Assembly: GCF_018283645.1 (NCBI RefSeq)
Contig: NZ_JAGSXH010000001.1
Span: 52,886-84,885 of the forward strand
Source of the DNA: Actinocrinis puniceicyclus
GTDB lineage: Bacteria > Actinomycetota > Actinomycetes > Streptomycetales > Catenulisporaceae
Direction: 5' to 3'
Length of the DNA stretch: 32,000 nt
Below the pieces are notes generated by a model. It saw only the letters and a list, made by a program, of their open reading frames with translations. It had not been told where the DNA came from and did no database searches. Position numbers and translations under genes: made by a program. The stretch's first letter is position 1; each line of letters begins with the position of its first letter. Positions 23,926 to 29,957 of this stretch are shown one piece after another.

Positions 23926-25713
23926 CTACAGCGCCGTCGCGGCGGCCAGCGGCGAATGCACCTTGTGCAGGGTGCGGCCCTCGCCGAGGAACATGTGCAC
24001 GCCGCAGGGAAGGCAGGGGTCGAAGCTGCGCACCGCGCGCATGATGTCGATGCCCTTGAACCGCTCCGGCGGGTTCTCCTCGAAGATCGGGGTGTTCTGC
24101 ACCGCGTCCTCGTACGGGCCCGGGGTGCCGAAGTGGTCGCGCACGCTGCCGTTCCACGGCGTCGGCGGATACGGGTGGTAGTTGGCGATCTTGCCGCCGC
24201 GGATCACCATGTGGTGCGAGAGCACGCCGCGCACCGCCTCGGTGAACCCGACGCTGACCGCCTCGTCCGGCACGGTGAACGGCTCCCAGGTCCTGGTGTT
24301 GCCGGCGCGCAGTTCGGCCAGCGCCTGCTCGACGAAGTACAGCGCACTGGCCGCCATGTACGCCTGGAAGTAGGTGCGCGCCCGGTTGCGCTCGATCGCG
24401 TTGCTCCAGCGCGGGATCCGCCACTCGAAGGTGGCCTCGGGGCGGCCGGCCGTGCGCGGCAGGTTGATCAGGACGCTGTGTCCGGTGGACTTCACGTAGC
24501 CGTGGTCCACCAGGCCGCCGAGCGCGGTCGCCCACAGCCGGGCGATCGGGCCGCCGCCGGTGTCCGCGGCCAGGTAGTTCTCGCCGTCGAACCAGCGCGG
24601 CGACATCGTCCAGCTGTACTTGTCGTCGAAGTCGCGCTTCGCCGGGCGCGGGATGGTGTGCTGGTTCCACGGGTGCCTGCGGTCCACCGGGTTGCCCAGC
24701 GGGTCGCGCTCGACGAACACCTCCTCGCCGTCCCAGTCCTCGTAGTAGGAGTGGCCGAGCAGGATCCTGATACCCAGGTTGATCTTCACCAGGTCGTTGG
24801 TGATCAGCTTGCCGTCCACGATGACGCCGGGGCTGACGAACATCCGCCGGCCCCAGTCGGTCATGTGCTCGTAGCTGAAGTCGCAGTACTCGGGATCGTT
24901 GAGGGAGCCCCAGCACACCAGCTGGACGCGGCGGCGGCCCACCTCCTCATAGCCGGGCAGCGCCTGGTAGAAGAAGTCGAACAGGTCGTCGTGCATCGGC
25001 ACGACCCGCTTCATGAACTCGACGTAGCGCATCAGGCGCGTGAGATAGTCGGTGAACAGCTGGATCGTCGCGACCGTGCCGACGCCGCCCGGGTAGAGCG
25101 TGGAGGGGTGCACGTGCCGGCCCTCCATCAGGCAGAACATCTCCCGGGTGGTGCGGCTGACGGCCAGCGCCTCCCGGTAGAACTCGCCCTCCAGCGGATT
25201 GAGCGAGCGCATGATGTCGCCGATGGTGCGGTATCCGTGGTCCGCGGCGTGCGGCGCCTCGGTGCGGTTCGCCTGCTCCAGCACGCCGGGGTTGGTCTCG
25301 CCGACCATCTTGGCGCAGTAGTCCACGCCGACCAGGTTCTCCTGGAAGATGTTGTGGTCGAACATGTACTCGGCGGCCTCGCCGAGGTTGATGATCCACT
25401 CGCCCAGGTGCGGCGGGCGCACCCCGTAGGCCATGTTCTGGTTGTACACCGAGCAGGTCGCGTGGTTGTCGCCGCAGATGCCGCAGATGCGGCTGGTGAT
25501 GAAGTGGGCGTCGCGCGGATCCTTGCCCTTCATGAAGATGCTGTAGCCGCGGAAGATCGAGGAGGTGCTGTGGCACTCGGTGACCTTCTTCTGCTTGAAG
25601 TCGATCTTGGTGTAGATCCCCAGGCTGCCCACGATCCGCGTGATCGGATCCCAGTTCATCTCCACCACGTCGGTGGCGAGCTCGGCGGCGGCCCGCTCTT
25701 CGGCCATGGTCAT
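23926..25713 (-). CDS. hhyL: [NiFe]-hydrogenase large subunit, group 1h/5 (high-affinity, Hhy type)
   Basis: 595 aa. L1 is TSRICGICGDNH (nt 25462-25497) and L2 is SFDPCLPCGVH (nt 23995-24027), followed by a 22-aa cleavable tail. AAGGGAGCTGAG lies upstream of the ATG. Confidence 0.95.
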   Translation of the reverse strand: MTMAEERAAAELATDVVEMNWDPITRIVGSLGIYTKIDFKQKKVTECHSTSSIFRGYSIFMKGKDPRDAHFITSRICGICGDNHATCSVYNQNMAYGVRPPHLGEWIINLGEAAEYMFDHNIFQENLVGVDYCAKMVGETNPGVLEQANRTEAPHAADHGYRTIGDIMRSLNPLEGEFYREALAVSRTTREMFCLMEGRHVHPSTLYPGGVGTVATIQLFTDYLTRLMRYVEFMKRVVPMHDDLFDFFYQALPGYEEVGRRRVQLVCWGSLNDPEYCDFSYEHMTDWGRRMFVSPGVIVDGKLITNDLVKINLGIRILLGHSYYEDWDGEEVFVERDPLGNPVDRRHPWNQHTIPRPAKRDFDDKYSWTMSPRWFDGENYLAADTGGGPIARLWATALGGLVDHGYVKSTGHSVLINLPRTAGRPEATFEWRIPRWSNAIERNRARTYFQAYMAASALYFVEQALAELRAGNTRTWEPFTVPDEAVSVGFTEAVRGVLSHHMVIRGGKIANYHPYPPTPWNGSVRDHFGTPGPYEDAVQNTPIFEENPPERFKGIDIMRAVRSFDPCLPCGVHMFLGEGRTLHKVHSPLAAATAL

Positions 25714-25746
25714 GATTGACTCAGCTCCCTTACTAGGTCTCCGCCG

Positions 25747-26829
25747 TCACCAGGTCTTCTCGTAGCCGGTGGTCAGCCGCTCGCCCTTGTGCCGCCACTT
25801 GGGCTCGATGTCCGCCGTGTGCTGGGTGAACTTGCGCAGCGTGCGGATCGCCGTGCCGTACACGCCGCTGGCGGCCGTCGAGATCCGCGCGCCGGGCGGC
25901 TCGTCCATGAAGGGCATGAACTTGTCCGGGAAACCGGGCATCGTGCAGGCGATGCAGATGCCGCCGACGTTGGGGCAGCCGCCGACGCCGTTGATCCAGC
26001 CGCGCTTGGGCACGTTGCACTTGACGACCGGTCCCCAGCAGCCGAGCTTGACAAGGCACTGCGGTGAGTCGTACTCCTTGGCGAACTCGCCCTGCTCGTA
26101 GTAGCCGCCGCGGTCGCAGCCCTCGTGTACCGTCGCGCCGAACAGCCAGGTGGGTCGCAGTGCCTCGTCCAGCGGGATCATCGGGGCCTGACCGGCGAGT
26201 TGGTAGAGCAGGTAGAGGATCGTCTCGGACAGGTTGTCCGGGTGCGTCGGGCAGCCCGGCACGCACACGATCGGCAGCCCGGCCTTCGAGCGCCAGTCCC
26301 AGCCGAGGTAGTCCGGCACGCCCATGGCTCCGGTCGGGTTGCCGGCCATCGCGTGGATGCCGCCGTAGGTGGCGCAGGTGCCGGCCGCCAGGATCGCGGT
26401 GGCCTTGGGCGCGAGCCGGTCGAGCCATTCGCTGGTGGTCATCGGCTGGCCCGTCATCGGGTTGTTGCCGAAGCCGCACCAGTACCCTTCCGGTTTGATC
26501 GCCTCGTTCGGGATGGAGCCCTCGACCACGAGCACGAACGGATCGAGTTCGCCGCGGTCGGCCTTGTGCCACCATTCGATGAAGGTGTCCGCGCCCTGCT
26601 CGGGCCCGCATTCGAAGTCGATCAGCGGCCAGTGCACGGCCACCTTCGGCAGGCCGGGCAGCGCACCGAGCACGATCTCCTCGATGGTCGGCTGGGTGGC
26701 CGCGGTGAGCGCGACGGAGTCCCCGTCGCAGCCCAGTCCCCCGTTCATCCAGAGTATGTGCACCACCGGCTCGGACGCGGACCGCTCCCGCGCCTCCGGG
26801 CTCCGGCCGGACTGCATGGCTGTCGTCAC
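25747..26829 (-). CDS. hhyS: [NiFe]-hydrogenase small subunit, group 1h/5, lacking a Tat signal
   Basis: Lies in ORF 25747..26871. GTG 26829 has GAGGAGG at 8 nt, and ATG 26817 is an alternative. Cys ligand contexts include GGLGCDGDS, GTCATYGG, CVPGCPTHP, HEGCDRG, KLGCWGP and CPNVGGICIACTMPGFPD. There is no RRxFxK twin-arginine motif. Confidence 0.9.
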   Translation of the reverse strand: MTTAMQSGRSPEARERSASEPVVHILWMNGGLGCDGDSVALTAATQPTIEEIVLGALPGLPKVAVHWPLIDFECGPEQGADTFIEWWHKADRGELDPFVLVVEGSIPNEAIKPEGYWCGFGNNPMTGQPMTTSEWLDRLAPKATAILAAGTCATYGGIHAMAGNPTGAMGVPDYLGWDWRSKAGLPIVCVPGCPTHPDNLSETILYLLYQLAGQAPMIPLDEALRPTWLFGATVHEGCDRGGYYEQGEFAKEYDSPQCLVKLGCWGPVVKCNVPKRGWINGVGGCPNVGGICIACTMPGFPDKFMPFMDEPPGARISTAASGVYGTAIRTLRKFTQHTADIEPKWRHKGERLTTGYEKTW

Positions 26830-27257
26830 GACGGCCACCTCCTCGCTGCCGCCTGCACCGCTCCAGCACATTCCCTCGGCGGCGTCGTGACGACTCCGAA
26901 AAGCCGGTCATAATCGGCGCCGATATCGCACGTTACGCCGGTACTGTCCGGTCGGCAATATGGATCAGGACTGTGCGCGGACAGGCCTGTCCGGGTCCGC
27001 GCCTGAGGTCAGGTGGTTGTCTCGCGGCTCGTGACATTCAGGCAGCGCGCGAGTGTTGCCGCACGTCCGGCCGCGTGTCCGGCCAGCTGGGCGGTAGGAA
27101 CGGCGGGCAGGAACAGCAGGCGGGCAGGAAGGGTGGGCGGGCGTGATGGGCCAGGCGGACGACGGCGAGAGCGTCGCCGAAGACTTTCCTTTGATGGTGT
27201 TTTCGCGGATTCCCCCGGCCCGTCCCTCCGTTATTCCGGAATTCCGCGAATTCGTAC

Positions 27258-27296
27258 GCGAAGCGAGCGGCGGCCGTCACCCGCCGCTCGCTTCGC
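27258..27296. other. Perfect 16-bp stem-loop 70 nt upstream of yceI
   Basis: GCGAAGCGAGCGGCGG-ccgtcac-CCGCCGCTCGCTTCGC. There is no flanking U-tract on either strand. Confidence 0.7.
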
Positions 27297-27364
27297 TGGT
27301 CCATTCGCGCGCTCCGTGCGCGCCGCGCTGGCGGCGCCCGCCGCGGCGGCCTAGCGTGGGCCTC

Positions 27365-28012
27365 ATGTCCGGCCCTGTACGACTCGGCCCGTCCGACGGC
27401 CGCGTCATCCTGCGCACGTACCGCGAGGGGCTCGCCGCGCAGGTGGGCCACGACCTCGTGCTGGAGTTCGCGGCCTGGTCCGCGCTGGCCACCCCGCCCG
27501 GTGCCCAAGGCGGTCCGGCGATCGAGGCGAGCATCGAACTGTCCTCGCTGCGGGTCCTGGAGGGCACCGGCGGTGTCAAACCGCTGACGGACCGGGACCG
27601 GCGCGACATCGCGGGCAACGCCCGCAAGTCGCTCGACAGCGAGCGCCATCCGCAGGCGGTCTACCGCAGCGCCGCCCTCACGCCGAGCGCCGAGGGCGGG
27701 ACGTTCGACGGCACGCTGAGCCTGCATGGCGTCGAGCGCCCGTTGCGCCTCGCCGTCACCCGAAAGCCGGAAGGCGGATACCTGGCTCGGGCGACCGTCA
27801 CGCAGAGCGAGCACGGCATCAAGCCGTACAGCGCCTTCTTCGGGACGCTCAAACTGCGGGACGCCGTCGAGCTCGAGATCGAGATCACCACCGACCTCGC
27901 GGCTGCGGCCACAGACGGGCACGGGGACACGGACGGGGACACGGACGGGGACACGGACGGGGACACGGTCGGGGACGGTGCCGGCGGCCCGGAAGCCTCC
28001 CGCGAGGCATGA
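27365..28012 (+). CDS. YceI-family (polyisoprenoid-binding-like) protein with a C-terminal (GDTD)n tail
   Basis: Lies in ORF 27143..28012. The upstream 74 codons are rich in A/T-ending codons and contain the hairpin, so ATG 27365 is taken as the start. YceI-like pattern: RVILRTYREGLAAQVGHDLVLEF...GTLSLHGVERPLRLAV. Confidence 0.8.
   Translation: MSGPVRLGPSDGRVILRTYREGLAAQVGHDLVLEFAAWSALATPPGAQGGPAIEASIELSSLRVLEGTGGVKPLTDRDRRDIAGNARKSLDSERHPQAVYRSAALTPSAEGGTFDGTLSLHGVERPLRLAVTRKPEGGYLARATVTQSEHGIKPYSAFFGTLKLRDAVELEIEITTDLAAAATDGHGDTDGDTDGDTDGDTVGDGAGGPEASREA
27923..27982. repeat. 12-nt tandem repeat GGGGACACGGAC, three perfect copies, a fourth with one substitution and a degenerate fifth, encoding GDTDGDTDGDTDGDTVGDG
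   Basis: Read directly from the sequence. In frame at the 3' end of yceI. Confidence 0.85.
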
Positions 28013-28302
28013 AGTTCCTGGTGCTCTGGCGCGTCGAACTGAGCCTGCTCTCGCGCGAGATGGCGGCGGCGGTCGCCCGGATGCCCGGTTACGCCGCGGC
28101 ACTGCGGCGCGACGCCAAGCTCGCCGCGCGCTTCCACCTGGTCGGCCAGCACGGCGGCGCGTGGATCTATGACGTTTCCTCGAACGAGGAGCTCGAACGC
28201 CTGCTCGGGCTCGCCCCGGTGTACAACTTCGCGCGGTACGAGGTGCTACCGCTGGCAGAAATGTCCGATGAAGACGGTAATGTCGCGGAAGTTGCGGATT
28301 GA
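28009..28302 (+). CDS. Muconolactone delta-isomerase-like small protein
   Basis: 97 aa with an ATGA overlap with yceI. MKFLVLWRVEL...WIYDVSSNEELERLLGLAPVYNFARYEVLPL fits the MIase ferredoxin-like fold pattern I remember (MLFHV...). Confidence 0.65.
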   Translation: MKFLVLWRVELSLLSREMAAAVARMPGYAAALRRDAKLAARFHLVGQHGGAWIYDVSSNEELERLLGLAPVYNFARYEVLPLAEMSDEDGNVAEVAD

Positions 28303-28814
28303 CGGATTCCGGGATTGACGCTGCCGCGGCGGCGGCGCAGACTCGATTCGTCGGCAGGCGCGGCGCGACCTATGGCGGTGGCGGCAGGATGCGGACCGAG
28401 CGGCGGACCTTTCCGCGTGAGCGGCACTGGATCTGTGCCCGGCGGTTGCGCGAGCGGCGCGCGGCGCTGGGGCTGACACAGGTCGAGGTATCGCAGGCGC
28501 TGCGCGACGCGGGCGTGCCGCTGGGCAATCGGGCGTTGAGCGCCATGGAGCACGGCAACGGACTCGACCTGTGCCGGCTGCCGGAACTGGCCGCGGTCCT
28601 GGACTGCACCACGACCTACCTGCTCGGGCTGACCACCGACCCGCACGACTGGACCCCGGACCCGGAAACGTTCGCCGCCGCAAGTGGCCTTCCGACCGGC
28701 TCCGCGCGGCAGGACGGCACCAGCGGGGACGGCGCCGGGCAAGACACAATTGTCCCGGCGCGCGGCTGGATCCTCGGTCCGGACGTGCCCGACCGAAACC
28801 CCACCGCCGGCTGA
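28299..28814 (+). CDS. XRE-family helix-turn-helix transcriptional regulator
   Basis: HTH region LRERRAALGLTQVEVSQALRDAGVPLGNRALSAMEHGNG...LPELAAVLDCTTTYLLGLT. The start is uncertain. TTG 28299 (TTGA overlap with the upstream stop) and ATG 28389 are both possible. A direct repeat GGATTGACG x2 (28296-28320) with a possible -10 CAGACT would favour 28389. Confidence 0.75.
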   Translation: MTDSGIDAAAAAAQTRFVGRRGATYGGGGRMRTERRTFPRERHWICARRLRERRAALGLTQVEVSQALRDAGVPLGNRALSAMEHGNGLDLCRLPELAAVLDCTTTYLLGLTTDPHDWTPDPETFAAASGLPTGSARQDGTSGDGAGQDTIVPARGWILGPDVPDRNPTAG

Positions 28815-28831
28815 GGAACGAGGCGCACCGC

Positions 28832-29956
28832 ATGCGCGCGGTCATCCGCATTCGAAAGCAGCACATCGAACGCCACCACACCGCACACAGCACCCGACAC
28901 CGCAGCACCGAACAGCACAGGCCGGCCGGTCGCGCCACGCTGTCGATCCTTCTCGCCGCGCTCGGCCTCGTCGCGGCGGCCTGTGGTTCGAACACTGCGA
29001 CGAACGCCTCCGCGACGACGGGCTCCGCCACGGCCGAGTCACCGGCGCGTACCGGTGCTGCGCTGTCGCTGACGCTCTACACCTCGGTGACGCAGAACAC
29101 CGTCGATTCGGTCGTGGCCGGCTTCAAGGCCGCGCACCCCGGCTCGAACGTGACCGTCTTCCGAGCCACGACCGGTGCCCTGAACGCGCGACTGGCCGCC
29201 GACCAACGCACCGGGGGCGTGCGCGCGGACGTGGTCTGGGGTACCGACCCGCTGTCCATGCAGTCATACGCCGCGCAACAACTGCTGCGCAGCCACCCGA
29301 TCGCGCTGCCGCCGAATGTCCCGGCGAAGTACGCGACCGACGCGCTGTACCCGACCCGTCTGCTCTACCTCGTCATCGTCGCGCGCAAGGGCCTGACCGC
29401 GCTGCCCACCACGTGGAGCGACCTGGCGTCGCCCGCTTATCGCGGCAAGGTCGCCATCCCGGATCCCGCGGCGGCCGGTTCCGCGCTGGCCGCGCTCGGC
29501 TACTTCGCCCAGGCGCCCGGATACGGCATGGACTTCTATCGCAGGCTCAAGGCGAACGGCGCGGTCCAGGTGGCGACGATCCCCGAGGTGGTCACCGACG
29601 TCGCGCAGGGCCGTTACGCGCTGGGCATCAGCCTCGATTCGCAGGTGCGCAGCGCGCAGTCGGCGGGCTCACCGGTGCAGATCGTCTGGCCGAAGCCGGG
29701 GGCGATCACGCTCTACAGCCCGATCGCGGTCACCTCGGCGAGTAAGAACGCGGACGCGGCGGGCGCGTTCCTGCGTTACGTGCTGTCCACCGACGCACAG
29801 CGGCGCATCGCCGCGACGGGATGGCAGCCGGTGCTGCCCGGCATCCCCGGACCGCCGATCCCGGCCGGAGCCGGTCAGGTGACCGCGAACTGGCCGAACC
29901 TGTTCGGCCACCAGCACGATCTGCTCGGCGAGTACCAGTCGATCTTCGGGCTCTAA
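28832..29956 (+). CDS. ABC transporter substrate-binding lipoprotein, Fe(III)/thiamine (AfuA/FbpA-like, SBP family 1) type
   Basis: Lies in ORF 28571..29956. ATG 28832 follows GAGGAACGAGG. The lipobox context is LAALGLVAAACGS. The periplasmic-binding pattern is LTLYTSVTQ...VVWGTDP...IPDPAAAGSALAAL. Confidence 0.8.
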   Translation: MRAVIRIRKQHIERHHTAHSTRHRSTEQHRPAGRATLSILLAALGLVAAACGSNTATNASATTGSATAESPARTGAALSLTLYTSVTQNTVDSVVAGFKAAHPGSNVTVFRATTGALNARLAADQRTGGVRADVVWGTDPLSMQSYAAQQLLRSHPIALPPNVPAKYATDALYPTRLLYLVIVARKGLTALPTTWSDLASPAYRGKVAIPDPAAAGSALAALGYFAQAPGYGMDFYRRLKANGAVQVATIPEVVTDVAQGRYALGISLDSQVRSAQSAGSPVQIVWPKPGAITLYSPIAVTSASKNADAAGAFLRYVLSTDAQRRIAATGWQPVLPGIPGPPIPAGAGQVTANWPNLFGHQHDLLGEYQSIFGL

Positions 29957-29957
29957 G

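Noticed and set aside
23956-25719. A 587-aa ORF antisense to hhyL. Similar long antisense or off-frame ORFs occur at 20272..21621, 7489..8619, 1456..2391, 12087..12941, 15129..16145 and 17293..18339.
   Set aside because: All overlap genes that carry unambiguous family motifs on the other strand or frame. Their translations are low-complexity and Arg/Ala/Gly/Pro-rich, as expected for stop-codon-poor GC-rich DNA.
27143-27364. A 74-codon N-terminal extension of the yceI ORF.
   Set aside because: It uses many A/T-ending codons that are rare here (ttt, ttg, att, gtt, gaa, gta). It also spans the palindrome cluster and the 16-bp hairpin. The YceI-like homology pattern begins right after ATG 27365.
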